Below are positions 1 through 9,488 of a stretch of 64,000 nucleotides of DNA, one piece after another. The stretch is from an uncultured virus (IMG/VR IMGVR_UViG_3300034101_003746) (taxonomy: Duplodnaviria; Heunggongvirae; Uroviricota; Caudoviricetes). The notes beneath the pieces are model-generated. The model made no database searches. It was not told where the DNA came from and was given only the letters and a program-made list of their open reading frames with translations. Positions within the stretch are counted from its first letter, which is position 1; each line of letters opens with the position of its first letter. The position numbers and the translations under genes are program-made. Location of the stretch: the IMG/VR virus record IMGVR_UViG_3300034101_003746. The stretch is one strand, 5' to 3'.

Positions 1-224
1 CCATAGGTAATTGCCTTATAAAAACTTGATATATCAGTCTGCTCCAGTATAAACCATGCGATAGATGATGCAATTGCAGCAGACAATATATTTTTAAGTT
101 GTTCTATTATTGTGTATTGCTTTTTTGCCGTCATAAGACGGGCAAGCATGCCTGCTGCACCAATAAGTGGAATAATCCATCCTCCATTGATGAATTCCCT
201 TAGCATCGATTTTTCTGGTTCCAT
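1..224 (-). CDS. Probable holin / small membrane protein (3' end runs off window)
   Basis: Not in ORF track. Manual translation from ATG at 224: MEPEKSMLREFINGGWIIPLIGAAGMLARLMTAKKQYTIIEQLKNILSAAIASSIAWFILEQTDISSFYKAITYG; two hydrophobic helices; late promoter upstream. Confidence 0.55.
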   Translation of the reverse strand, partial: MEPEKSMLREFINGGWIIPLIGAAGMLARLMTAKKQYTIIEQLKNILSAAIASSIAWFILEQTDISSFYKAITY

Positions 225-287
225 TTAAAATATAAGACTGTTTAAATTGTGAAGCATGGTATAAACTTCAAACTCTGGCTATAGTCT

Positions 288-295
288 TATTTATA
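288..295 (-). promoter_or_regulatory. T4-type late promoter TATAAATA upstream of putative holin
   Basis: Exact TATTTATA on + strand in an intergenic gap. Confidence 0.7.
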
Positions 296-307
296 AAAAA
301 TGAAAAT

Positions 308-982
308 TTATGCGACTAATCCTTTGTATTTCGCGTATTTATATAAAAGTTCTTCTTGATATTGTTTAATTGGATATTTTTCTAAAATATCGTCTAATTT
401 ATAATGAAAATCACCTATCAGGTCATAGAGTGTATCGAGTTTGCCAACATAATAATTATCGGCTCCTAGTAAATGTCGATAGTATTGCGGATATTTTATA
501 GTTAATGCAGATTGTTCTGCTGTCATCTTTAAAAGATTTTTAATTGGAGTATAACAAAGTTTATGAGTAAAAAAGTCATATCGCGTGTTTACAACACGGT
601 CATAGTCATTGCGATGATTGTCATACAGATATGAAATCATCTTAAATTGTCCTGCCCACATACGCTTCCATGCAATCATTGGGCATTTGCTGTTTGGCAT
701 AGTTCCTTCTAGATTTCCATGCAATTCTAGTTTAGAGTCATTATCAACTATAATATTTTTAATTGGCAGATCCCCAAAATATTCTTTTAAAATATTAGGA
801 GTCACCTTAAACACACTAGTATGATCTAATTTGCGATATGAACTTTTAGCTTCTGATTCTTTCCAAGTATGTAGAAATATATCTACCTCATGTATAGTAG
901 ATAATTTTTTAATATAGTCTTTTAGTTGACTATCATTAAATCCCGTACGTATATGACCCCGTATACAAAATGCTATCTTCAT
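308..982 (-). CDS. Putative glycosyltransferase-like protein (MKIAxCxxGxxR family), paralog 1
   Basis: N-terminus MKIAFCIRGHIR, FLHTW and RYD motifs; next to glf. Confidence 0.5.
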   Translation of the reverse strand: MKIAFCIRGHIRTGFNDSQLKDYIKKLSTIHEVDIFLHTWKESEAKSSYRKLDHTSVFKVTPNILKEYFGDLPIKNIIVDNDSKLELHGNLEGTMPNSKCPMIAWKRMWAGQFKMISYLYDNHRNDYDRVVNTRYDFFTHKLCYTPIKNLLKMTAEQSALTIKYPQYYRHLLGADNYYVGKLDTLYDLIGDFHYKLDDILEKYPIKQYQEELLYKYAKYKGLVA

Positions 983-1664
983 ATTTTACGTTAGTTAGAT
1001 TATTATCTATTGCATATCTGTATACCATCTCCTCTTGAAATCGAGTATCATGATATTTATTCATAATTTCATCTAGATTATGAGTAAAGTCATATGTCAA
1101 TTTTGTCATATTATTTAATATACCACAATAAAAATTATCGACTCCTACAATGTTAGTATTAAATTTAGGATATCGAAAATTTATTAAATCTTTGCCTAAT
1201 AACATTCGATTTAATCGTTGTGGCGAGGTTATGCATAGTTTATTAGTAAACATGTCATAGCGTGTTGATACCACTATATCATAATCATCATGATAATTAT
1301 CATATATATGTTTAATTAATTTCCATTTACCATACCACATTCGTTTCCAAGCAATTAGCGGACAACTACTTAAGCATACATTGCCAATAGTGTTGCCAAT
1401 TAGTTCTATTTGACTATCATCATCGATAGAGATATATTTTATCTCATAATCTTTAAAATAAAAACCAACTAATTCATTCGAAACAGAATATATGTATCTA
1501 GTATCTAAATTTTTATAAGAGGTTTTTGCTTCAGACTCTGACCAGGTATGCAAAAAGAGGTCAATCGTATGACCATTATTTTTTAATTGTGTTAAAAAAT
1601 TATTTAGTCCTGAATCAATTAGACCATCACGTATATGTCCTCTTATACAAAATGCTATTTTCAT
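936..1664 (-). CDS. Putative glycosyltransferase-like protein, paralog 2
   Basis: Same N-terminus and motifs (CPxIAWKRMW, TRYD, QEE) as 308..982. Confidence 0.5.
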   Translation of the reverse strand: MKIAFCIRGHIRDGLIDSGLNNFLTQLKNNGHTIDLFLHTWSESEAKTSYKNLDTRYIYSVSNELVGFYFKDYEIKYISIDDDSQIELIGNTIGNVCLSSCPLIAWKRMWYGKWKLIKHIYDNYHDDYDIVVSTRYDMFTNKLCITSPQRLNRMLLGKDLINFRYPKFNTNIVGVDNFYCGILNNMTKLTYDFTHNLDEIMNKYHDTRFQEEMVYRYAIDNNLTNVKYEDSILYTGSYTYGI

Positions 1665-2659
1665 AGGTCTCTCAACTTAATCATGACGTGTTTGATTGCC
1701 ATCCACATGTCTAGATATTTATAAGTTGCAAGTCGTCCTACAAAAATCACACCTCTTTCCCTCTTAGCGAGCGCTTCATAGTCTCTATATTTTTCCTGAC
1801 CTTCTCCCCATGGAATTGGATAGAATGGAACGTCTCCTTCACCACACTCTTTTGGATGTTCAGTAGTAACTACAGTTGGACCAACATGATCAGGATTAAA
1901 ATAGCTGTGATCATATTGTCGGGTGTGGTCGGTGACGCTATTATTTTGATTGACTATAAAGGTGTCCTGTTTTTCACACAGCACGGTATGTTTAAATTCT
2001 AGAGAACGATACGGCAGACGTCCAAATATAGAGTTAAAATATGAATCAATCTTGCCAGTATAGACAATTAGGTCATCTTCCTGACGTTCAGTCACCCACT
2101 GATCTTCAGTGCAATTAAGATGTACAGTGACCCCTTCTAGCATGCGTTCAAACATTGCAGTATAGCCACTCTTTGGAATGCATTGATATTTTTGACCTTC
2201 AAACCACGTTGGGTCTTCGCAGTCTGCGGTTTTTGGAATGCGATTTGTAATTGTACTTGGAATCTCGTCGAATGGCACTCCCCATTGTTTTTCACTGTAT
2301 TCCTTAAAGATATACTCAACAATTTCTTCTTGAGACAGCTCACGACCAATCTCGTTTATTGTCTTTTTACTGTATGGCAAACTTATGCGCCCAAGTCGAC
2401 TGTCTCCTTGTGGTTTTAATGCAAATGGAGTCCATTCTGTGTATCGACTGAGAAACTCAAATACCTCTTCATCATCAGTATGAAAGATATGAGGACCATA
2501 GTGATGTACAAGTGTATTACAAATATATCCGTCATAACAATTTCCGCCAATATGAGGACGTGTTTCATAAATCTCTACGGAGTATCCTTTTTCCTTTAGG
2601 AGTACTGCAGCAGTAATTCCAGACAACCCACAACCAACTATTTTAGCATTTTTTTTCAT
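1661..2659 (-). CDS. glf: UDP-galactopyranose mutase
   Basis: IVGCGLSG FAD motif, HIGGNCYD, HHYGPHIFHT, YSEKQWG, LPYRSL, PFYPI, GRLATYKYLDM. Confidence 0.95.
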   Translation of the reverse strand: MKKNAKIVGCGLSGITAAVLLKEKGYSVEIYETRPHIGGNCYDGYICNTLVHHYGPHIFHTDDEEVFEFLSRYTEWTPFALKPQGDSRLGRISLPYSKKTINEIGRELSQEEIVEYIFKEYSEKQWGVPFDEIPSTITNRIPKTADCEDPTWFEGQKYQCIPKSGYTAMFERMLEGVTVHLNCTEDQWVTERQEDDLIVYTGKIDSYFNSIFGRLPYRSLEFKHTVLCEKQDTFIVNQNNSVTDHTRQYDHSYFNPDHVGPTVVTTEHPKECGEGDVPFYPIPWGEGQEKYRDYEALAKRERGVIFVGRLATYKYLDMWMAIKHVMIKLRDL

Positions 2660-2712
2660 ATTAGATCACTTTATCTTAAGATTGTGTAGCTGTACACAAT
2701 AAATATATCTAT

Positions 2713-2898
2713 ATGAAATTAAATGAAAAAGTCTATATTAAAAGTGAATTTAAGGATTTACTCCGCAGCATGAATGTCGGAATTGTCGACTATATTGTTG
2801 TCTATAAAACAGAAGGTGACAAAGTATTTTTTAAAGCAAATAGTGCACGTTTTCATCTTTCAAAGGAAGAGTTTAAAGAGGTACGACTAAGCGCCTAG
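2713..2898 (+). CDS. Small hypothetical protein
   Basis: 61-aa ORF filling an intergenic gap; AATAAATA late-promoter variant at 2698-2705. Confidence 0.55.
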   Translation: MKLNEKVYIKSEFKDLLRSMNVGIVDYIVVYKTEGDKVFFKANSARFHLSKEEFKEVRLSA

Positions 2899-2929
2899 GT
2901 TATAAACGGGTTTGACTGTCGAAATACAA

Positions 2930-3222
2930 TTATTGATCTAGTATAGTTGATACATATGCTCCGGTTGTATTTGTACTAAGAGACACTGCGTTCTGATTTA
3001 TTGTGAGTAATCCAGAAGCATCTCCAGATATAGTACGTGCGACAAATTCATTTGTATTATAAATTAAAAATGATCCATTTGTTATATTCGCTAAATCAAC
3101 ATCTGTAAGTTCTGAAAATGTTCTTCCTCCTTCAGAAAAGTAGAAGAGTTTACGACAGCTCCAGACGTAATCGCTGAAGTTATATTTTAAGATCCTATTA
3201 TCGTTGACGTTAGGTCTGACAT
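2930..3222 (-). pseudogene. Degraded tail-fibre-type gene remnant
   Basis: MSDLTSTIIGS*NITSAITSGAVVNSST, then a 1-nt frameshift into SEGGRTFSELTDVDLANITNGSFLIYNTNEFVARTISGDASGLLTINQNAVSLSTNTTGAYVSTILDQ*; fibre-like motifs; own late promoter. Confidence 0.6.
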
Positions 3223-3243
3223 TAATTTAGATGAATTTAAATA

Positions 3244-3251
3244 TATTTATA
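3244..3251 (-). promoter_or_regulatory. T4-type late promoter TATAAATA
   Basis: Exact match, intergenic, upstream of ATG 3222. Confidence 0.65.
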
Positions 3252-3270
3252 GAATTATACAACATGTGTA

Positions 3271-3486
3271 TTAAATCGTATAATCATGATTGACTTGAAC
3301 ATTAGAATTAGTAACTGTTGGTAAAGTTCCATCTCCCCAAAATATTTTAATATTTCCAGATGATTGTGTAACGCTAAATCCAGTTAATGCAGATGACGCC
3401 AAATTAAAAGTCCAAAAATTTCGATAATTGGGATCATCTAATAGAACTTGTGATAGAGCAGCAATCTTAAAATCTTCTATATTCAT
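3271..3486 (-). CDS. Small fibre-associated protein; propeller-less paralog of 32786..34153
   Basis: MNIEDFK... and FW.F...SALTGFSV...I.WGD...NH.YT match the N- and C-termini of the 455-aa protein. Confidence 0.65.
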   Translation of the reverse strand: MNIEDFKIAALSQVLLDDPNYRNFWTFNLASSALTGFSVTQSSGNIKIFWGDGTLPTVTNSNVQVNHDYTI

Positions 3487-3488
3487 AA

Positions 3489-6400
3489 TTAGTATAATAC
3501 ACCAAGAGCAATAAATTCATTGGCTGTCGCAGACTTATATATGTAAACTGCAGTATATCTAGTAGAATTGAATACAAATGATTTTCCATTTATATTGTCG
3601 ATGCCAACTCGATTAATAGTAATAACAAATCCCCCTGTATTAATGATTCCTATATTCCAGCCATCGTCAACTGCAGAATAGTTAGGAAGGCTTACATTAA
3701 TTTGATCGGTACCATTGATATGAAATATTTTTCCATCATCTGCGTTAGCAAAACTTCTGCCTGAATTTGTTATAGTCAAATCAATCGTAGTAACTTTATT
3801 TAATTTACTATCCAATGCTGTCTGTAAACCTGTAGTATCAGTTATAGCATGTGTATGGCTTGAAGGCGGAAATGTCGCTGGTTTGTTTAGTATCTGTGCA
3901 TCTCCACTTGTTGCGGTCCAATCAGCGTTGACATTTACCTCAGCGCCAGAGGCTATGCCGTCAAGTTTATTCTTTTCAACTAACGTATAGTTTTCGTCTG
4001 ACAATACTTTGCCACTTACTTTATCTACTTTATTGTCTAACGCTGTCTGTAAACCTGTAGTATCAGTTATAGCATGTGTATGACTTGATGGGGTAAATGT
4101 TGTTGGCTTATTTAATATTTCTGCATCTCCACTCGTTGCGGTCCAATCAGCGTTGACATTTACCTCAGCGCCATAGGCTATGCCGTCAAGCTTATTTTTA
4201 TCAATAGGTGACATAAACCCCGATGCAAAAGTAGTGCCATTAACAAGAGAATGGCTATGATTAGATGGAGGAAATGTAGTTGGAACATTTACAAGATCAG
4301 AATAGTTTGCAGATGAACTTAATTTTGTATCTACTGTGGCAACAAACGTAGATGTTGAAGTTGCCAAAATTCTAATAATTTTTGTTTGACCACCAACAGA
4401 CAGCGAAGGGGGGCTGTCTCCAAGCCAAGTAATTCCACTGGGCCAACTCACAGCAGATCCGCTGCCAGTAATAGATAGGGTAATAATTTTACCAGCAACT
4501 ACATTTTGAAATTGTATTTGTGTGCCTCCAACAAGACCTAAATATCCAGACCAATATGTTCCAGCTTGCCAATTAATAATAGCAATACCTGATCCAAATC
4601 CAGATGGAAAGGCATTTGTTACAATTCCATAGTTAACTCCAGCAGGAATATTATCAAGTTTAGATTTATCATTTGCTGATAAAAATCCAGAGACACTTGT
4701 AGTTGCATCAGAGTGTGTATGACCGCTTGCGCTCTTGCCGTCGAGTTGACTCTGTATATTTGATGTGACGTCAGACAGATAGTTAACCTTTTCTGCAGTC
4801 ACAGTGATGCCATCAAGCAGCGTATTTTGTGTGCTTGTTAGATGAACTGTAGCATCGCTGATATGATTGCTTAGCGCAGTTGAAGTTGCGGCATCAGTAA
4901 TGCCATAACCTGAAAGTGTTGTTGGGTTGCTTCCAGAGGTCACACGACCATAAGAGTCAACAGTCACTGATTGATATGTTCCAGGAGAACCCACAGTTGA
5001 CAGACTTACGTTTCCACCAACAGCGATACCTGTGCCTGCTACAACTGAAAATGTTGTGCCATCACGAAAGAGTCCTGCTCCTGCTTCATAGGAGCCCGCT
5101 CCAGAAAATTGAGTAAATATCACAGGAGAAACACCAACTTCAGTCACTGGCTCAGAAAGCACCCAACCAGTGTCGGCGTATGTTCCATGAGTGACAAATA
5201 CAAAATCACCTCCTGCCATTTCAGTTGGTGTATTAAAATCATCTGCACGAATTAATTCTGTACTAGAACTTACAACATATATACCATTATGTGCACTCGT
5301 GCTTTGGCCTGCAATTATTACTCGACTGTCATTTGCAATGTCAGAGTCATTAAAAACGGTTGTCCATGTCACTGGTGCAGATGCCGTTAATTTTGCTCCT
5401 ACTCCATTTGTGCCATTACTATAGGTTATAGTAACTCCACCACCAATTGTGGTTGCAAGTGGAGTCTTAAGCAGCGCCTGCACGGCAGCGTGTACGTTTA
5501 GACCTTCAGAAAGGGTGTCAACATATGCTTTTGATGCAGCGTGTCCAGATGCAGTTGGTATAAGCGGAACTGTGGGACTGCTTGTAAAATCTTTAACACC
5601 TGATATAGTTTGTGCACTAGTCAAATCTACCGCATCAGTGATGCTATAACCAGACACTGTAGTTGGTTTGTCTGTTACTGAATTCCAACTTGGAGTAATA
5701 GTGATTGGAGTATCAACTGCAGTAATGCGTCCTTTAATGTCAACCGTAAATGGTGTAACACTTGTTGCGCTGCTGTTATATTCGCCAGCAAGCACCCCCG
5801 TTGAAGCCAATGTCACATTTAACAGTGCTGTCCCACTACCAGTAGCATCTCCACCCAGAGTAATAGTCTGATCACCAGTATTTGTACCACTTGAAGAGCC
5901 ACTAAAGGTTCCGCTTTGAGTCGCAAGTGTTCCTAATCCTGTTATAGTTGTGTATGATTGACTGCCAGTATGATTTGCGCGACTGAGTAGATGCGCATCA
6001 GTAGAATTTGCAGTCGCTCCATCTGCTATTCCCACTAGTTTATTTTTTTCAATTAGTGTGTAGTTTTCGTCAGACAGCCCTTGACCGCTTACTTTATCAA
6101 CCTTAGCGTTGAACACTGTTTGAGTTGCGGTTGAAACGGGTTTGTCTAAGTCACTTGTATTATCTACATCTCCAAGACCGACCATTGCCTTTGTGATACC
6201 ATTTACTGTTCCAGTAAAACTTGGAGAATTTAACGGTGCTTTTCCTGAAAGACCATTTATAATTGTCGTAGAAAAATTTGCATCATTTCCAATCGCATCA
6301 GCCAATTCATTTAATGTATCTAACACATTAGGTGCGCCGTCTATTAGATTATTAATCGCAGTACGAACAAATTGCGTAGTTGCTATCTGTTGATTATTTG

Positions 6401-6956
6401 TATCGGAGTTGGCAGTTGGAGCAATTGGAATTCCAGTAAATATTGGAGAATCTAAAGGTGCTTTTAAAGTTAAATTTTCATCTAATTTGCTGTTAGCATA
6501 AAAATTTGCTTCTTCAGTCGCTGACAGCGGCAACAGTTTATCAGTTACTATGGTACGAGTGTCTATTCGCTCATCGATAATTTCATACAATGAAGGTTGC
6601 GGTATCAATTCTATACCCCCGTTATCGTCAGATATTCCTGGAGAAATTTCTACCTGTCCTTCGCGAATTCTAAATATATGACCAGTGCTATTAAATATCT
6701 CAATATCATACAGATAACGACCAGCTTTCATGGCTCGTGTTTGCCCTGCGGTTAATGAAATATTAACCTTTCCTTCAAGTGGAAGGTCGATAGATGTTGT
6801 AAAAGTAACTACATTTTTTGATGTATATGTTTTGCGTATTTGTCCACGAGCTGTATAGCTAGACAAATTAAACGGCAATCCGTTTGTATCTGGCACATCT
6901 ATAACAGATGAATATGTGCTCCCTTGGTCTATAAAAATATCTGAATATGTTGCCAT
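3489..6956 (-). CDS. Long tail fibre / virion fibre protein
   Basis: N-terminal IDQG...GRYLYDIEI attachment domain typical of T4-like virion proteins; LDTLNELA, KAPLxSP, VTVDSYGRVT and HxH fibre motifs; internal repeats. Confidence 0.85.
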   Translation of the reverse strand: MATYSDIFIDQGSTYSSVIDVPDTNGLPFNLSSYTARGQIRKTYTSKNVVTFTTSIDLPLEGKVNISLTAGQTRAMKAGRYLYDIEIFNSTGHIFRIREGQVEISPGISDDNGGIELIPQPSLYEIIDERIDTRTIVTDKLLPLSATEEANFYANSKLDENLTLKAPLDSPIFTGIPIAPTANSDTNNQQIATTQFVRTAINNLIDGAPNVLDTLNELADAIGNDANFSTTIINGLSGKAPLNSPSFTGTVNGITKAMVGLGDVDNTSDLDKPVSTATQTVFNAKVDKVSGQGLSDENYTLIEKNKLVGIADGATANSTDAHLLSRANHTGSQSYTTITGLGTLATQSGTFSGSSSGTNTGDQTITLGGDATGSGTALLNVTLASTGVLAGEYNSSATSVTPFTVDIKGRITAVDTPITITPSWNSVTDKPTTVSGYSITDAVDLTSAQTISGVKDFTSSPTVPLIPTASGHAASKAYVDTLSEGLNVHAAVQALLKTPLATTIGGGVTITYSNGTNGVGAKLTASAPVTWTTVFNDSDIANDSRVIIAGQSTSAHNGIYVVSSSTELIRADDFNTPTEMAGGDFVFVTHGTYADTGWVLSEPVTEVGVSPVIFTQFSGAGSYEAGAGLFRDGTTFSVVAGTGIAVGGNVSLSTVGSPGTYQSVTVDSYGRVTSGSNPTTLSGYGITDAATSTALSNHISDATVHLTSTQNTLLDGITVTAEKVNYLSDVTSNIQSQLDGKSASGHTHSDATTSVSGFLSANDKSKLDNIPAGVNYGIVTNAFPSGFGSGIAIINWQAGTYWSGYLGLVGGTQIQFQNVVAGKIITLSITGSGSAVSWPSGITWLGDSPPSLSVGGQTKIIRILATSTSTFVATVDTKLSSSANYSDLVNVPTTFPPSNHSHSLVNGTTFASGFMSPIDKNKLDGIAYGAEVNVNADWTATSGDAEILNKPTTFTPSSHTHAITDTTGLQTALDNKVDKVSGKVLSDENYTLVEKNKLDGIASGAEVNVNADWTATSGDAQILNKPATFPPSSHTHAITDTTGLQTALDSKLNKVTTIDLTITNSGRSFANADDGKIFHINGTDQINVSLPNYSAVDDGWNIGIINTGGFVITINRVGIDNINGKSFVFNSTRYTAVYIYKSATANEFIALGVLY
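3817..4197. repeat. Intragenic tandem duplication, 225-bp period
   Basis: 3817-3866 matches 4042-4091 and 3897-3971 matches 4122-4197 (GAEVNVNADWTATSGDA...SHTHAITDTTGLQTALD). Confidence 0.85.
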
Positions 6957-6962
6957 ATTCTA

Positions 6963-6970
6963 TATTTATA
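6963..6970 (-). promoter_or_regulatory. T4-type late promoter TATAAATA
   Basis: Exact match overlapping the upstream stop codon, 6 nt before ATG 6956. Confidence 0.75.
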
Positions 6971-7598
6971 TAGATTGATTATTTGCATACAACCTATGGC
7001 GAGTTTTGCCAATTGGTCCCCGCCCATACCAATTTTCCTTAAAACCAGACTCTTTTTGCATATCGACTAGTTTTAATGGTAACAGTTGTGATTTTTCAAA
7101 TCTATTTTTATGCTGTAGATCTCCTTCAGTATTTGTCATGTCACCCACATAATAGTCATTAAATTTAGATGTGTGCCATAGCTGAAAAAAACCAGCCGGA
7201 TAGTTGTATGCTCCGTCAAAATTTTCTATCTTTCTAACACCATCGCGAGTGTAGCGTATACAACCATATATTGCTTCTTTATCATTTACACAGGTTTCGA
7301 CTATTGAATTAAAGTCATTTGGAAGTAGAGAATCACTGTCAAGCACGCACAACCAATCATGTGGATTTAGATGTCGTATAGCTTCATTTATTGCTCGACT
7401 TTTAGCAAAACATGCTCCATCTGCATAAATTTCCTCGCTAAGCATATAGTCTAAACTATATTTTTTACATAAATCTATAGTCTTTTTATCACTCCAGTGT
7501 GTAACGATTAGCCATCGTGTAAATTTATCTTTATTGCTGACTATCTGTTCCAAATAGTCACTATAGTCAATTGAGACTGTAATCGCATCGATATTCAT
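6966..7598 (-). CDS. Glycosyltransferase, GT-A fold (GT2-like)
   Basis: FAKSRAINEAI..WLCVLDSDSLLP (DxD), GFFQLW. Confidence 0.7.
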   Translation of the reverse strand: MNIDAITVSIDYSDYLEQIVSNKDKFTRWLIVTHWSDKKTIDLCKKYSLDYMLSEEIYADGACFAKSRAINEAIRHLNPHDWLCVLDSDSLLPNDFNSIVETCVNDKEAIYGCIRYTRDGVRKIENFDGAYNYPAGFFQLWHTSKFNDYYVGDMTNTEGDLQHKNRFEKSQLLPLKLVDMQKESGFKENWYGRGPIGKTRHRLYANNQSI

Positions 7599-8125
7599 AA
7601 CTCATCTATATCTATTCTCTCATCGCCATAAAAATGCTCAAAGCCATACTTTTGTAGTATAGTTTTATACATACCAGATTCTATATTATACGGAAAGCAA
7701 AAACTATCTGGAACATATCCTAAATGGCATCTAAACGAGTGTATCATTCTTCGACTGTCTTTAAGCATCACTAAAGGATCAGAAACTATATTATGAATAT
7801 GTTTATGTCCGTGACATCCTATTCTACAGCTATTTAAACTGTCAAGATGCGCTATTTGTGACCATTTCATATAGTTGCTATAGTCTCCAGCGAATGCTTT
7901 TTCATGAGCATCTCTACAACAAATCAAAGATGTGTCTTGAGTCTGATCTTCAGGACAGACTATATCGCTGCTAATAAAAAATATCTTTTCTGTGTTTATT
8001 CTCAACAACTCGTCGACGAATGCATATTGACTATACAACCCATCGTCAAACGTAAGTGTATATTTTTCTAACGGAAGATCAAGATACCTTTCTTGAAATT
8101 CATGTATCATTAGAGTCGGTTTCAT
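7595..8125 (-). CDS. Polysaccharide deacetylase (NodB/CE4 fold)
   Basis: LTFDDG, YMKWSQI, IGCHGHKH, FCFPY. Confidence 0.8.
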   Translation of the reverse strand: MKPTLMIHEFQERYLDLPLEKYTLTFDDGLYSQYAFVDELLRINTEKIFFISSDIVCPEDQTQDTSLICCRDAHEKAFAGDYSNYMKWSQIAHLDSLNSCRIGCHGHKHIHNIVSDPLVMLKDSRRMIHSFRCHLGYVPDSFCFPYNIESGMYKTILQKYGFEHFYGDERIDIDEL

Positions 8126-8844
8126 TTTAATCTCAAAACATAGTCTATTATTGGGCTGTTAAAATATGAAGCGATCATTTCGGCATTTGGTATAACGCAA
8201 TGACCTCCAATTTTTCCATGAGCTGGAGACAACACTGGTCGTATCACGTTATCTTTTCCAATTTTTTTATAGCCAGAATTATATTCAGAATTCCAAAGAG
8301 TCATTACTTCTGAATAGTCGATAGATTCTTTTTTACATAAGTCATGTACTTCATCATGAAAAGCTATGCACATACCATAATAGAGTGTACATAGAGTCTT
8401 TGCAGTTTCAAGCGATTTGCAACATTTAAATGTGGTAGATGCAATTCCAAGTTCAGAGAAATGATTGCACACCTCAATGATCGACTGCTTAGTTTTTCCA
8501 GCAACGAATTTTTTAAATATCTTTATACACTCATGCAGATGCGGATGTACACCAACAATTGGTGAGTATACTAAATTATTAAACTTTATATTTTCTGATG
8601 TTCCAGGATATATTGTGCTGTGTATTATAACTAGATGAGGAGAAAATAATGAAATATATTTTTCAACTTCATGTGTAAACGAATCACTATAAGGAAAACA
8701 TATATGCAAGATGTCGCAATGACATTGAGATAATGATACGTCAATATCCACTATACTCAATTCATAATCATGCTGATTATAAAATTGGTGTATTGCTTGA
8801 CCTATTTCTCCATATCCAGCAATAATAATTTTTTGCTTTTTCAT
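8122..8844 (-). CDS. NDP-sugar dehydrogenase (UDP-Glc/GDP-Man DH family), lacking C-terminal domain
   Basis: GYGEIG Rossmann motif, HSTIYPGT, ETAK, IGGHCV catalytic Cys; only 240 aa. Confidence 0.75.
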   Translation of the reverse strand: MKKQKIIIAGYGEIGQAIHQFYNQHDYELSIVDIDVSLSQCHCDILHICFPYSDSFTHEVEKYISLFSPHLVIIHSTIYPGTSENIKFNNLVYSPIVGVHPHLHECIKIFKKFVAGKTKQSIIEVCNHFSELGIASTTFKCCKSLETAKTLCTLYYGMCIAFHDEVHDLCKKESIDYSEVMTLWNSEYNSGYKKIGKDNVIRPVLSPAHGKIGGHCVIPNAEMIASYFNSPIIDYVLRLK

Positions 8845-9488
8845 CGCTTTGAAAAAATGTTTATAAACGGTTCAGCTGCTCTATATCCAAACAATCCACC
8901 ATAATAAAGATCTCTGTGTTTTACATATTCTAAATTTAATGGGTCAATCTCGGTTTTTACTTCAGTTTTATAGCGTGATATACATTCGTATTTTATATGG
9001 GTATAGTTAGAAATATCAAAAAATGTATTAAATTTTGTATCAGTAAACGACCATTCAGTACTTCCCGGTATTGAATATTCATATAGTTCATGCACACTAC
9101 ATGATTCTCTTGGACGACATGCTACACGAGTAGCATTTGATATTATCTTATGATCGGTATTAATATCTCGTGAGTAGTGCGTAAATACTGTGTACGGAGA
9201 AATTTTATCTACAAGTTTAGTTATACGCGAAGAAATTTCAATAAATGGAATCGTGTCAAGAGATATATCAGAATAGTCTAACTGAATATACTCAGATATA
9301 TTTAGATCTGTTATATTATTTCTTATTGCATCTTCACGAGAAGACTGAACATACTCTGAACCCGGACGATTTCCTTTACAGAAAACGCAAAGAGTTATAT
9401 TATAGTCATTGGATAGTTTAGCAATGGTACCTCCCATACCAAATTCTGCATCATCTAAGTGAGCTCCAATTACAACAATATTTTTCAT
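8841..9488 (-). CDS. PIG-L/LmbE family N-acetyl-sugar deacetylase
   Basis: GAHLDDAEFGMGGTI, FTHYSRDINTDH, YEY, AEPF. Confidence 0.85.
   Translation of the reverse strand: MKNIVVIGAHLDDAEFGMGGTIAKLSNDYNITLCVFCKGNRPGSEYVQSSREDAIRNNITDLNISEYIQLDYSDISLDTIPFIEISSRITKLVDKISPYTVFTHYSRDINTDHKIISNATRVACRPRESCSVHELYEYSIPGSTEWSFTDTKFNTFFDISNYTHIKYECISRYKTEVKTEIDPLNLEYVKHRDLYYGGLFGYRAAEPFINIFSKR

Noticed and set aside
336..343. Additional TATAAATA matches inside coding sequence (also near 1716)
   Set aside because: They coincide with Tyr-Lys-Tyr codons in AT-rich DNA and cannot be distinguished from chance
3187..3189. Stop-codon recoding to explain the internal stop
   Set aside because: The stop is TAA, a frameshift follows, and long genes are intact under code 11 with TAA, TAG and TGA all used as terminators
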